A stretch of DNA of 64,000 nucleotides from Balanoglossus misakiensis (lineage: Eukaryota > Animalia > Hemichordata): the NCBI GenBank assembly GCA_040954595.2, contig CM082598.2:7455097-7519096 (forward strand), written 5' to 3'. Shown piece after piece: positions 31,001-46,240 of this stretch. The first letter of the stretch is position 1. Each line of letters opens with the position of its first letter. Position numbers and translations under genes: made by a program. The notes beneath the pieces are model-generated. The model saw nothing but the letters and a program-made list of their open reading frames with translations. It did not search any database and was not told the DNA's origin.

Positions 31001-34000
31001 AAATCGACGAATTTTTGAGATTTCGCAATGTCGAAATATTGTGATTTTTTGATGATTTTCATGATCTATAACCCATGATTTTTTTTCAAAAACGACTAAT
31101 ATTTGAGATTTCGCAAAGTCGACAAATTGTCATTTTTTTGATGATTTTCAAGAGCTATAAACCCATGATTGTTTTCAAAAATCGACGAATTTTTGAGATT
31201 TCGCAATGTCGAAAGATTGTAATTTTTTGATGATTTTCATGATCTATAACCCATGATTTTTTTTCAAAAATTTCCGAAATTTTGAGATTTTGCAAAGTTG
31301 AAAAATTGTCTTTTTTTGATGATTTTCAACCCATGATTTTTGTCAAATATTTACGAAATTTTGAGATTTTGCAAAGTTGAAAAATTGTCATTTTTTGATG
31401 ACTTTCAACCCATGATTTTTTTAAATATTGACGAAATTTTGAGATTTCTCAAAGTTGAAAAATTGTCATTTTTGATGATTTTCATGAGATATAACCATGA
31501 TTTTTTTCAAAAATTGACGAAATACTGAGATTTTGCAAAGTTGAAAAATTGTCATTTTTTGATGATTTTCAACCCATGATTTTTTTCAAATATTGACGAA
31601 ATTTTGAGATTTTGCAAAGTTGAAAAATTGTCATTTTTTGATGATTTTCAACCCATGATTTTTTTCAAAAATTGACGAAATTTTGAGATTTTGCAAAATT
31701 GAAAAATTGTCATTTTTTGATGATTTTCAACCAATGATTTTTTTCAAAAAACGAGGAAATTTTCACATTTTGCAAAGTTGAAAAATTGTCATTTTATGAT
31801 GATTTTCAACCCATGATTTTTTTTCAAAAATTGACGAAATTTTACGATTTTGCAAAGTAAAAATGTTGTCATTTTTTATGATTTTCATGAGCTATATAAA
31901 ACCCATGATTTTTTTTTAAAAATCGACTAATATTTGAGATTTCGCAAAGTCGATAAATTGTCATTTTTTGATGATTTTCAACCCATGATTTTTTTCAAAT
32001 ATTTACGAAATTTTGAGATTTTGCAAAGTTGAAAAATTGTCATTTTTTGATGATTTTTAACAGATGATTTTTTTCTAAAATGTACGAAATTTTGAGATTT
32101 TGCAAAGTTCTAAAATTGTCATTTTTTGATGACTTTCAACCCATGATTTTTGTAAATATTGACGAAATTTTGAGATTTCGCAAAGTTGAAAAATTGTCAT
32201 TTTTTGATGATTTTCATGAGATATAACCATGATTTTTTTCAAAAATTGACGAAATACTGAGATTTTGCAAAGTTGAAAAATTGTCATTTTTTGATGATTT
32301 TCAACCCATGATTTTTTTTCAAATATTGACGAAATTTTGAGATTTTGCAAATTTGAAAAATTGTCATTTTTTGATGATTTTCAACCCATGATTTTTTTCA
32401 AAAATTGACGAAATTTTGAGATTTTGCAAAATTGCAAAATTGTCATTTTTTGATGATTTTCAACCCATGATTTTTTTCAAAAAACGAGGAAATTTTCAGA
32501 TTTTGCAAAGTTGAAAAATTGTCATTTTATGATGATTTTCAACCCATGATTTTTTTTCAAAAATTGACGAAATTTTACGATTTTGCAAAGTAAAAATGTT
32601 GTCATTTTTTTTATGATTTTCATGAGCTATATAAAACCCATGATTTTTTTTTTAAAATCGACTAATATTTGAGATTTCGCAACGTCGACAAATTGTCATT
32701 TTTTGATGATTTTCAAGAGCTATAAACCCATGATTTTTTTCAAAAATCGAGGAATTTTTGAGATTTCGCAATGTCGAAATATTGTGATTTTTTGATGATT
32801 TTCATGATCTATAACCCATGTTTTTTTTTCAAAAACGACTAATATTTGAGATTTCGCAAAGTCGACAAATTGTCATTTTTTTGATGATTTTCAAGAGCTA
32901 TAAACCCATGATTGTTTTCAAAAATCGACGAATTTTTGAGATTTCGCAATGTCGAAAGATTGTAATTTTTTGATGATTTTCATGATCTATAACCCATGAT
33001 TTTTTTTCAAAAATTTCCGAAATTTTGAGATTTTGCAAAGTTGAAAGATTTTCATTTTTTGATGATTTTCAAACCATGATTTTTTTTTTCAAAAATTGAC
33101 GAAATTTTGAGATTTTGCAAAGTTGAAAAATTGTCATTTTTTGATGATTTTAGAAAAAATGATTTTTTTCAAAAATTGACGAAATTTTACGATTTTGAAA
33201 AGTAAAAAAGTTGTCATTTTTTTATGATTTTCATGAGCTATATAAAATCCATGATTTTTTTTTAAAAATCGACTAATATTTGAGATTTCGCAAAGTCGAC
33301 AAATTGTCATTTTTTGATGATTTTCAACCCATGATTTTTTTCAAATATTTACGAAATTTTGAGATTTTGTAAAGTTGAAAAATTGTCATTTTTTGATGAT
33401 TTTCAAATCATGATTTTTTTTCAAAAATCGACTAATATTTGAGATTTCGCAAAGTCGATAAATTGTCATTTTTTGATGATTTTCAACCCATGATTTTTTT
33501 CAAATATTTACGAAATTTTGAGATTTTGCAAAGTTCAAAAATTGTCATTTTTTTGATGATTTTCAACACATGATTTTTTTCTAAAATGGACGAAATTTTG
33601 AGATTTCGCAAAGTTGAAAAATTGTCATTTTTTGATGATTTTCATGAGATATAACCATGATTTTTTTCAAAAATTGACGAAATACTGAGATTTTGCAAAG
33701 TTGAAAAATTGTCATTTTTTGATGATTTTCAACCCATGATTTTTTTCAAATATTGACGAAATTTTGAGATTTTGCAAAGTTGAAAAATTGTCATTTTTGA
33801 TGATTTTCAACCCATGATTTTTTTCAAAAATTGACGAAATTTTGAGATTTTGCAAAATTGAAAAATTGTCATTTTTTGATGATTTTCAACCCATGATTTT
33901 TTTCAAAAAACGAGGAAATTTTCACATTTTGCAAAGTTGAAAAATTGTCATTTTATGATGATTTTCAACCCATGATTTTTTTCAAAAATTGACGAAATTT

Positions 34001-37000
34001 TACGATTTTGCAAAGTAAAAATGTTGTCATTTTTTTATGATTTTCATGAGCTATATAAAACCCATGATTTTTTTTTAAAATCGACTAATATTTGAGATTT
34101 CGAAACGTCGACAAATTGTCATTTTTTGATGATTTTCAAGAGCTATAAACACATGATTTTTTTCAAAAATCGACGAATTTTTGAGATTTCGCAATGTCGA
34201 AATATTGTGATTTTTTGATGATTTTCATGATCTATAACCCATGTTTTTTTCAAAAACGACTAATATTTGAGATTTCGCAAAGTCGACAAATTGTCATTTT
34301 TTGATGATTTTCAAGAGCTATAAACCCATGATTGTTTTCAAAAATCGACGAATTTTTGAGATTTCGCAATGTCGAAAGATTGTAATTTTTTGATGATTTT
34401 CATGATCTATAACCCATGATTTTTTTTCAAAAATTTCCGAAATTTTGAGATTTTGCAAAGTTGAAAGATTTTCATTTTTTGATGATTTTCAAACCATGAT
34501 TTTTTTTTTCAAAAATTGACGAAATTTTGAGATTTTGCAAAGTTGAAAAATTGTCATTTTTTGATGATTTTAGAAAAAATGATTTTTTTGAAAAAATTGA
34601 CCAATTTTTAGAGATTTTGCAAAGTTGAAAAATTGTCATTTTTTGATGATTTTGAACCCATGATTTTTTTCAAAAATTGACGAAATTTTACGATTTTGAA
34701 AAGTAAAAAAGTTGTCATTTTTTTATGATTTTCATGAGCTATATAAAATCCATGATTTTTTTTTTAAAATCGACTAATATTTGAGATTTCGCAAAGTCGA
34801 CAAATTGTCATTTTTTGATGATTTTCAACCCATGATTTTTTTCAAATATTTACGAAATTTTGAGATTTTGTAAAGTTGAAAAATTGTCATTTTTTGATGA
34901 TTTTCATGATCTATAACCCATGATTTTTTTTCAAAAATTTCCGAAATTTTGAGATTTTGCAAAGTTGAAAGATTTTCATTTTTTGATGATTTTCAAACCA
35001 TGATTTTTTTTTTTTCAAAAATTGACGAAATTTTGAGATTTTGCAAAGTTGAAAAATTGTCATTTTTTGATGATTTTCAACCCATGATTTTTTTAAATAT
35101 TGACGAAATTTTGAGATTTCGCAAAGTTGAAAAATTGTCATTTTTGATGATTTTCATGAGATATAAAAATGATTTTTTTCAAAAATTGACGAAATACTGA
35201 GATTTTGCAAAGTTGAAAAATTGTCATTTTTTGATGATTTTCAACCCATGATTTTTTTCAAATATTGACGAAATTTTGAGATTTTGCAAAGTTGAAAAAT
35301 TGTCATTTTTTGATGATTTTCAACCCATGATTTTTTTCAAAAAACGAGGAAATTTTCACATTTTGCAAAGTTGAAAAATTGTCATTTTTTATGATTTTCA
35401 TGAGATATAATCATGTTTTTTTCAAAAATTGACTAAATTTTGAGATTTTGCAAAGTAAAAAATTGTCATTTTTTGATGATTTTCTACCCATGATTTTTAT
35501 CAAAAATTAACGAAATTTTGGGATTTTGCAAAGTTCAAAAATAGTCATTTTTTGATGATTTTAAACCCATGATTTTTATCAAAAATTGACGAAATTTTGA
35601 GATTTTGCAAATTTGAAAAATTGTCATTTTTTGATGATTATCAACCCATGATTTTTTTCAAAATTTTACGAAATTTTGAGATTTTGCAAAATTGAAAAAG
35701 TTGTCATTTTTTGATGATTTTCAAATCATGATTTTTTTTCAAAAATTGACGAATTTTTTTGAGATTTTGCAAAGTTGAAAAATTGTCATTTTATGATGAT
35801 TTTCAACCCATGATTTTTTTTCAAAAATTGACGAAATTTTACGATTTTGCAAAGTAAAAATGTTGTCATTTTTTTATGATTTTCATGAGCTATATAAAAC
35901 CCATGATTTTTTTTTTTAAATCGACTAATATTTGAGATTTCGCAACGTCGACAAATTGTCATTTTTTGATGATTTTCAAGAGCTATAAACCCATGATTTT
36001 TTTCAAAAATCGACGAATTTTTGAGATTTCGCAATGTCGAAATATTGTGATTTTTGGATGATTTTCATGATCTATAACCCATGTTTTTTTTCAAAAAAGA
36101 CTAATATTTGAGATTTCGCAAAGTCGACAAATTGTCATTTTTTTGATGATTTTCAAGAGCTATAAACCCATGATTGTTTTCAAAAATCGACGAATTTTTG
36201 AGATTTCGCAATGTCGAAAGATTGTAATTTTTTGATGATTTTCATGATCTATAACCCATGATTTTTTTTCAAAAATTTCCGAAATTTTGAGATTTTGCAA
36301 AGTTGAAAGATTTTCATTTTTTGATGATTTTCAAAACATGATTTTTTTTTCAAAAATTGACGAAATTTTGAGATTTTGCAAAGTTGAAAAATTGTCATTT
36401 TTTGATGATTTTCAAATCATGATTTTTTTCAAAAATTGACCAATTTTTTAGAGATTTTGCAAAGTTGAAAAATTGTCATTTTTTGATGATTTTCTACCCA
36501 TGATTTTTATCAAAAAACGAGGAAATTTTCACATTTTGCAAAGTTGAAAAATTGTCATTTTTTATGATTTTCATGAGATATAATCATGTTTTTTTCAAAA
36601 ATTGACTAAATTTTGAGATTTTGCAAAGTAAAAAATTGTCATTTTTTGATGATTTTCTACCCATGATTTTTATCAAAAATTGACGAATTTTTTTGAGATT
36701 TTGCAAAGTTGAAAAATTGTCATTTTATGATGATTTTCAACCCATGATTTTTTTTCAAAAATTGACGAAATTTTACGATTTTGCAAAGTAAAAATGTTGT
36801 CATTTTTTTATGATTTTCATGAGCTATATAAAACCCATGATTTTTTTTTTTAAAATCGACTAATATTTGAGATTTCGCAACGTCGAAAAATTGTCATTTT
36901 TTGATGATTTTCAAGAGCTATAAACCCATGATTTTTTTCAAAAATCGACGAATTTTTGAGATTTCGCAATGTCGAAATATTGTGATTTTTGGATGATTTT

Positions 37001-40000
37001 CATGATCTATAACCCATGTTTTTTTTCAAAAACGACTAATATTTGAGATTTCGCAAAGTCGACAAATTGTCATTTTTTTGATGATTTTCAAGAGCTATAA
37101 ACCCATGATTGTTTTCAAAAATCGACGAATTTTTGAGATTTCGCAATGTCGAAAGTGTAATTTTTTGATGATTTTCATGATCTATAACCCATGATTTTTT
37201 TTTCAAAAATTTCCGAAATTTTGAGATTTTGCAAAGTTGAAAGATTTTCATTTTTTGATGATTTTCAAACCATGATTTTTTTTTTCAAAAATTGACGAAA
37301 TTTTGAGATTTTGCAAAGTTGAAAAATTGTCATTTTTTGATGATTTTCAAATCATGATTTTTTTTCAAAAATTGACGAATTTTTTTGAGATTTTGCAAAG
37401 TTGAAAAATTGTCATTTTATGATGATTTTCAACCCATGATTTTTTTTCAAAAATTGACGAAATTTTACGATTTTGCAAAGTAAAAATGTTGTCATTTTTT
37501 TATGATTTTCATGAGCTATATAAAACCCATGATTTTTTTTAAAAAATCGACTAATATTTGAGATTTCGCAAAGTCGATAAATTGTCATTTTTTGATGATT
37601 TTCAACCCATGATTTTTTTCAAATATTTACGAAATTTTGAGATTTTGCAAAGTTGAAAAATTGTCATTTTTTGATGATTTTCAACACATGATTTTTTTCT
37701 AAAATGGACGAAATTTTGAGATTTTGCAAAGTTCTAAAATTGTCATTTTTTAATGACTTTCAACCCATGATTTTTTTAAATATTGACGAAATTTTGAGAT
37801 TTCGCAAAGTTGAAAAATTGTCATTTTTTGATGATTTTCATGAGATATAACCATGATTTTTTTCAAAAATTGACGAAATACTGAGATTTTGCAAAGTTGA
37901 AAAATTGTCATTTTTTGATGATTTTCAACCCATGATTTTTTTCAAATATTGACGAAATTTTGAGATTTTGCAAAGTTGAAAAATTGTAATTTTTTGATGA
38001 TTTTCAACCCATGATTTTTTTTCAAAAATTGACGAAATTTTGAGATTTTGCAAAATTGAAAAATTGTCATTTTTTGATGATTTTCAACCCATGATTTTTT
38101 TCAAAAAACGAGGAAATTTTCACATTTTGCAAAGTTGAAAAATTGTCATTTTTTATGATTTTCATGAGATATAATCATGTTTTTTTCAAAAATTGACTAA
38201 ATTTTGAGATTTTGCAAAGTAAAAAATTGTCATTTTTTGATGATTTTCTACCCATGATTTTTATCAAAAATTAACGAAATTTTGGGATTTTGCAAAGTTC
38301 AAAAATTGTCATTTTTTGATGATTTTCAACCCATGATTTTTATCAAAAATTGACGAAATTTTGAGATTTTGCAAATTTGAAAAATTGTCATTTTTTGATG
38401 ATTATCAACCCATGATTTTTTTCAAAATTTTACGAAATTTTGAGATTTTGCAAAGTTGAAAGACTTTCATTTTTTGATGATTTTCAACCCATGATTTTTT
38501 TTCAAAAATTGACGAAATTTTACGATTTTGCAAAGTAAAAATGTTGTCATTTTTTTATGATTTTCATGAGCTATATAAAACCCATGATTTTTTTTTAAAA
38601 ATCGACTAATATTTGAGATTTCGCAACGTCGACAAATTGTCATTTTTTGATGATTTTCAAGAGCTATAAACCCATGATTTTTTTCAAAAATCGACGAATT
38701 TTTGAGATTTCGCAATGTCGAAATATTGTGATTTTTTGATGATTTTCATGATCTATAACCCATGTTTTTTTTCAAAAACGACTAATATTTGAGATTTCGC
38801 AAAGTCGACAAATTGTCATTTTTTTGATGATTTTCAAGAGCTATAAACCCATGATTGTTTTCAAAAATCGACGAATTTTTGAGATTTCGCAATGTCGAAA
38901 GATTGTAATTTTTTGATGATTTTCATGATCTATAACCCATGATTTTTTTTCAAAAATTTCCGAAATTTTGAGATTTTGCAAAGTTGAAAGATTTTCATTT
39001 TTTGATGATTTTCAAACAATGATTTTTTTTTTCAAAAATTGACGAAATTTTGAGATTTTGCAAAGTTGAAAAATTGTCATTTTTTGATGATTTTCTACCC
39101 ATGATTTTTATCAAAACACGAGGAAATTTTCACATTTTGCAAAGTTGAAAAATTGTCATTTTTTATGATTTTCATGAGATATAATCATGTTTTTTTCAAA
39201 AATTGACTAAATTTTGAGATTTTGCAAAGTAAAAAATTGTAATTTTTTGATGATTTTCTACCCATGATTTTTATCAAAAATTGACGAATTTTTTTGAGAT
39301 TTTGCAAAGTTGAAAAATTGTCATTTTATGATGATTTTCAACCCATGATTTTTTTTCAAAAATTGACGAAATTTTACGATTTTGCAAAGTAAAAATGTTG
39401 TCATTTTTTTATGATTTTCATGAGCTATATAAAACCCATGATTTTTTTTTTAAAATCGACTAATATTTGAGATTTCGCAACGTCGAAAAATTGTCATTTT
39501 TTGATGATTTTCAAGAGCTATAAACCCATGATTTTTTTCAAAAATCGACGAATTTTTGAGATTTCGCAATGTCGAAATATTGTGATTTTTGGATGATTTT
39601 CATGATCTATAACCCATGTTTTTTTTCAAAAACGACTAATATTTGAGATTTCGCAAAGTCGACAAATTGTCATTTTTTTGATGATTTTCAAGAGCTATAA
39701 ACCCATGATTGTTTTCAAAAATCGACGAATTTTTGAGATTTCGCAATGTCGAAAGTGTAATTTTTTGATGATTTTCATGATCTATAACCCATGATTTTTT
39801 TTTTCAAAAATTTCCGAAATTTTGAGATTTTGCAAAGTTGAAAGATTTTCATTTTTTGATGATTTTCAAACCATGATTTTTTTTTTCAAAAATTGACGAA
39901 ATTTTGAGATTTTGCAAAGTTGAAAAATTGTCATTTTTTGATGATTTTCAAATCATGATTTTTTTTCAAAAATTGACCAATTTTTTAGAGATTTTGCAAA

Positions 40001-41338
40001 GTTGAAAAATTGTCATTTTTTGATGATTTTCAACCCATGATTTTTTTCAAAAATTGACGAAATTTTACGATTTTGCAAAGTAAAAAAGTTGTCATTTTTT
40101 TATGATTTTCATGAGCTATATAAAACCCATGATTTTTTTTTTAAAATCGACTAATATTTGAGATTTCGCAAAGTCGACAAATTGTCATTTTTTGATGATT
40201 TTCAACCCATGATTTTTTTCAAATATTTACGAAATTTTGAGATTTTGTAAAGTTTAACAATTGTCATTTTTTGATGATTTTCAAATCATGATTTTTTTTC
40301 AAAAATTGACGAATTTTTTTGAGATTTTGCAAAGTTGAAAAATTGTCATTTTATGATGATTTTCAACCCATGATTTTTTTTCAAAAATTGACGAAATTTT
40401 ACGATTTTGCAAAGTAAAAATGTTGTCATTTTTTTATGATTTTCATGAGCTATATAAAACCCATGATTTTTTTTTAAAAATCGACTAATATTTGAGATTT
40501 CGCAAAGTCGATAAATTGTCATTTTTTGATGATTTTCAACCCATGATTTTTTTCAAATATTTACGAAATTTTGAGATTTTGCAAAGTTGAAAAATTGTCA
40601 TTTTTTGATGATTTTCAACACATGATTTTTTTCTAAAATGGACGAAATTTTGAGATTTTGCAAAGTTCTAAAATTGTCATTTTTTAATGACTTTCAACCC
40701 ATGATTTTTTTAAATATTGACGAAATTTTGAGATTTCGCAAAGTTGAAAAATTGTCATTTTTTGATGATTTTCATGAGATATAACCATGATTTTTTTCAA
40801 AAATTGACGAAATACTGAGATTTTGCAAAGTTGAAAAATTGTCATTTTTTGATGATTTTCAACCCATGATTTTTTTCAAATATTGACGAAATTTTGAGAT
40901 TTTGCAAAGTTGAAAAATTGTAATTTTTTGATGATTTTCAACCCATGATTTTTTTTCAAAAATTGACGAAATTTTGAGATTTTGCAAAATTGAAAAATTG
41001 TCATTTTTTGATGATTTTCAACCCATGATTTTTTTCAAAAAACGAGGAAATTTTCACATTTTGCAAAGTTGAAAAATTGTCATTTTTTATGATTTTCATG
41101 AGATATAATCATGTTTTTTTCAAAAATTGACTAAATTTTGAGATTTTGCAAAGTAAAAAATTGTCATTTTTTGATGATTTTCTACCCATGATTTTTATCA
41201 AAAATTAACGAAATTTTGGGATTTTGCAAAGTTCAAAAATTGTCATTTTTTGATGATTTTCAACCCATGATTTTTATCAAAAATTGACGAAATTTTGAGA
41301 TTTTGCAAATTTGAAAAATTGTCATTTTTTGATGATTA

Positions 41339-44300
41339 TCAACCCATGATTTTTTTCAAAATTTTACGAAATTTTGAGATTTTGCAAAATTGAAAAAGTT
41401 GGCATTTTTTGATGATTTTCAAATCATGATTTTTTTTCAAAAATTGACGAATTTTTTTTGAGATTTTGCAAAGTTGAAAAATTGTCATTTTATGATGATT
41501 TTCAACCCATGATTTTTTTTCAAAAATTGACGAAATTTTACGATTTTGCAAAGTAAAAATGTTGTCATTTTTTTATGATTTTCATGAGCTATATAAAACC
41601 CATGATTTTTTTTTAAAAATCGACTAATATTTGAGATTTCGCAACGTCGACAAATTGTCATTTTTTGATGATTTTCAAGAGCTATAAACCCATGATTTTT
41701 TTCAAAAATCGACGAATTTTTGAGATTTCGCAATGTCGAAATATTGTGATTTTTTGATGATTTTCATGATCTATAACCCATGTTTTTTTTTCAAAAACGA
41801 CTAATATTTGAGATTTCGCAAAGTCGACAAATTGTCATTTTTTTGATGATTTTCAAGAGCTATAAACCCATGATTGTTTTCAAAAATCGACGAATTTTTG
41901 AGATTTCGCAATGTCGAAAGATTGTAATTTTTTGATGATTTTCATGATCTATAACCCATGATTTTTTTTCAAAAATTTCCGAAATTTTGAGATTTTGCAA
42001 ATTTGAAAAATTTTCATTTTTTGATGATTATCAACCCATGATTTTTTTCAAAATTTTACGAAATTTTGAGATTTTGCAAAATTGAAAAAGTTGGCATTTT
42101 TTGATGATTTTCAAATCATGATTTTTTTTCAAAAATTGACGAATTTTTTTTGAGATTTTGCAAAGTTGAAAAATTGTCATTTTATGATGATTTTCAACCC
42201 ATGATTTTTTTTCAAAAATTGACGAAATTTTACGATTTTGCAAAGTAAAAATGTTGTCATTTTTTTATGATTTTCATGAGCTATATAAAACCCATGATTT
42301 TTTTTTTAAAATCGACTAATATTTGAGATTTCGCAACGTCGACAAATTGTCATTTTTTGATGATTTTCAAGAGCTATAAACCCATGATTTTTTTCAAAAA
42401 TCGACGAATTTTTGAGATTTCGCAATGTCGAAATATTGTGATTTTTTGATGATTTTCATGATCTATAACCCATGTTTTTTTTCAAAAACGACTAATATTT
42501 GAGATTTCGCAAAGTCGACAAATTGTCATTTTTTTGATGATTTTCAAGAGCTATAAACCCATGATTGTTTTCAAAAATCGACGAATTTTTGAGATTTCGC
42601 AATGTCGAAAGATTGTAATTTTTTGATGATTTTCATGATCTATAACCCATGATTTTTTTTCAAAAATTTCCGAAATTTTGAGATTTTGCAAATTTGAAAA
42701 ATTGTCATTTTTTGATGATTATCAACCCATGATTTTTTTCAAAATTTTACGAAATTTTGAGATTTTGCAAAATTGAAAAAGTTGGCATTTTTTGATGATT
42801 TTCAAATCATGATTTTTTTTCAAAAATTGACGAATTTTTTTTGAGATTTTGCAAAGTTGAAAAATTGTCATTTTATGATGATTTTCAACCCATGATTTTT
42901 TTTCAAAAATTGACGAAATTTTACGATTTTGCAAAGTAAAAAAGTTGTCATTTTTTTATGATTTTCATGAGCTATATAAAACCCATGATTTTTTTTTTAA
43001 AATCGACTAATATTTGAGATTTCGCAAAGTCGACAAATTGTCATTTTTTGATGATTTTCAACCCATGATTTTTTTCAAATATTTACGAAATTTTGAGATT
43101 TTGTAAAGTTTAACAATTGTCATTTTTTGATGATTTTCAAATCATGATTTTTTTTCAAAAATTGACGAATTTTTTTGAGATTTTGCAAAGTTGAAAAATT
43201 GTCATTTTATGATGATTTTCAACCCATGATTTTTTTTCAAAAATTGACGAAATTTTACGATTTTGCAAAGTAAAACTGTTGTCATTTTTTTATGATTTTC
43301 ATGAGCTATATAAAACCCATGATTTTTTTTTAAAAATCGACTAATATTTGAGATTTCGCAAAGTCGATAAATTGTCATTTTTTGATGATTTTCAACCCAT
43401 GATTTTTTTCAAATATTTACGAAATTTTGAGATTTTGCAAAGTTGAAAAATTGTCATTTTTTGATGATTTTCAACACATGATTTTTTTCTAAAATGGACG
43501 AAATTTTGAGATTTTGCAAAGTTCTAAAATTGTCATTTTTTAATGACTTTCAACCCATGATTTTTTTAAATATTGACGAAATTTTGAGATTTCGCAAAGT
43601 TGAAAAATTGTCATTTTTTGATGATTTTCATGAGATATAACCATGATTTTTTTCAAAAATTGACGAAATACTGAGATTTTGCAAAGTTGAAAAATTGTCA
43701 TTTTTTGATGATTTTCAACCCATGATTTTTTTCAAATATTGACGAAATTTTGAGATTTTGCAAAGTTGAAAAATTGTAATTTTTTGATGATTTTCAACCC
43801 ATGATTTTTTTTCAAAAATTGACGAAATTTTGAGATTTTGCAAAATTGAAAAATTGTCATTTTTTGATGATTTTCAACCCATGATTTTTTTCAAAAAACG
43901 AGGAAATTTTCACATTTTGCAAAGTTGAAAAATTGTCATTTTTTATGATTTTCATGAGATATAATCATGTTTTTTTTCAAAAATTGACTAAATTTTGAGA
44001 TTTTGCAAAGTAAAAAATTGTCATTTTTTGATGATTTTCTACCCATGATTTTTATCAAAAATTAACGAAATTTTGGGATTTTGCAAAGTTCAAAAATTGT
44101 CATTTTTTGATGATTTTCAACCCATGATTTTTATCAAAAATTGACGAAATTTTGAGATTTTGCAAATTTGAAAAATTGTCATTTTTTGATGATTATCAAC
44201 CCATGATTTTTTTCAAAATTTTACGAAATTTTGAGATTTTGCAAAATTGAAAAAGTTGGCATTTTTTGATGATTTTCAAATCATGATTTTTTTTCAAAAA

Positions 44301-46240
44301 TTGACGAATTTTTTTTGAGATTTTGCAAAGTTGAAAAATTGTCATTTTATGATGATTTTCAACCCATGATTTTTTTTCAAAAATTGACGAAATTTTACGA
44401 TTTTGCAAAGTAAAAATGTTGTCATTTTTTTATGATTTTCATGAGCTATATAAAACCCATGATTTTTTTTTAAAAATCGACTAATATTTGAGATTTCGCA
44501 ACGTCGACAAATTGTCATTTTTTGATGATTTTCAAGAGCTATAAACCCATGATTTTTTTCAAAAATCGACGAATTTTTGAGATTTCGCAATGTCGAAATA
44601 TTGTGATTTTTTGATGATTTTCATGATCTATAACCCATGTTTTTTTTTCAAAAACGACTAATATTTGAGATTTCGCAAAGTCGACAAATTGTCATTTTTT
44701 TGATGATTTTCAAGAGCTATAAACCCATGATTGTTTTCAAAAATCGACGAATTTTTGAGATTTCGCAATGTCGAAAGATTGTAATTTTTTGATGATTTTC
44801 ATGATCTATAACCCATGATTTTTTTTCAAAAATTTCCGAAATTTTGAGATTTTGCAAATTTGAAAAATTGTCATTTTTTGATGATTATCAACCCATGATT
44901 TTTTTCAAAATTTTACGAAATTTTGAGATTTTGCAAAATTGAAAAAGTTGGCATTTTTTGATGATTTTCAAATCATGATTTTTTTTCAAAAATTGACGAA
45001 TTTTTTTTGAGATTTTGCAAAGTTGAAAAATTGTCATTTTATGATGATTTTCAACCCATGATTTTTTTTCAAAAATTGACGAAATTTTACGATTTTGCAA
45101 AGTAAAAATGTTGTCATTTTTTTATGATTTTCATGAGCTATATAAAACCCATGATTTTTTTTTTTAAATCGACTAATATTTGAGATTTCGCAACGTCGAC
45201 AAATTGTCATTTTTTGATGATTTTCAAGAGCTATAAACCCATGATTTTTTTCAAAAATCGACGAATTTTTGAGATTTCGCAATGTCGAAATATTGTGATT
45301 TTTTGATGATTTTCATGATCTATAACCCATGTTTTTTTTCAAAAACGACTAATATTTGAGATTTCGCAAAGTCGACAAATTGTCATTTTTTTGATGATTT
45401 TCAAGAGCTATAAACCCATGATTGTTTTCAAAAATCGACGAATTTTTGAGATTTCGCAATGTCGAAAGATTGTAATTTTTTGATGATTTTCATGATCTAT
45501 AACCCATGATTTTTTTTCAAAAATTTCCGAAATTTTGAGATTTTGCAAATTTGAAAAATTGTCATTTTTTGATGATTATCAACCCATGATTTTTTTCAAA
45601 ATTTTACGAAATTTTGAGATTTTGCAAAATTGAAAAAGTTGGCATTTTTTGATGATTTTCAAATCATGATTTTTTTTCAAAAATTGACGAATTTTTTTTG
45701 AGATTTTGCAAAGTTGAAAAATTGTCATTTTATGATGATTTTCAACCCATGATTTTTTTTCAAAAATTGACGAAATTTTACGATTTTGCAAAGTAAAAAT
45801 GTTGTCATTTTTTTATGATTTTCATGAGCTATATAAAACCCATGATTTTTTTTTTAAAATCGACTAATATTTGAGATTTCGCAACGTCGACAAATTGTCA
45901 TTTTTTGATGATTTTCAAGAGCTATAAACCCATGATTTTTTTCAAAAATCGACGAATTTTTGAGATTTCGCAATGTCGAAATATTGTGATTTTTTGATGA
46001 TTTTCATGATCTATAACCCATGTTTTTTTTCAAAAACGACTAATATTTGAGATTTCGCAAAGTCGACAAATTGTCATTTTTTTGATGATTTTCAAGAGCT
46101 ATAAACCCATGATTGTTTTCAAAAATCGACGAATTTTTGAGATTTCGCAATGTCGAAAGATTGTAATTTTTTGATGATTTTCATGATCTATAACCCATGA
46201 TTTTTTTTCAAAAATTTCCGAAATTTTGAGATTTTGCAAA
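41339..46240 (+). repeat. 692-bp 8-monomer HOR of SatA nested in a ~2857-bp duplication
   Basis: Identical pseudo-ORFs at 41339, 42031, 42722 and 44196, 44888, 45579 (steps of 691-692; offset between sets 2857). Eight monomers counted per unit. Marker AGTTTAACAA at 40251 and 43107. Confidence 0.9.

Noticed and set aside
268-45791. Dozens of 60-98-aa K/I/F/N-rich ORFs, mostly on the minus strand
   Set aside because: They are translations of the SatA monomer. Frames break at homopolymer length changes, and there is no domain or coding signal.
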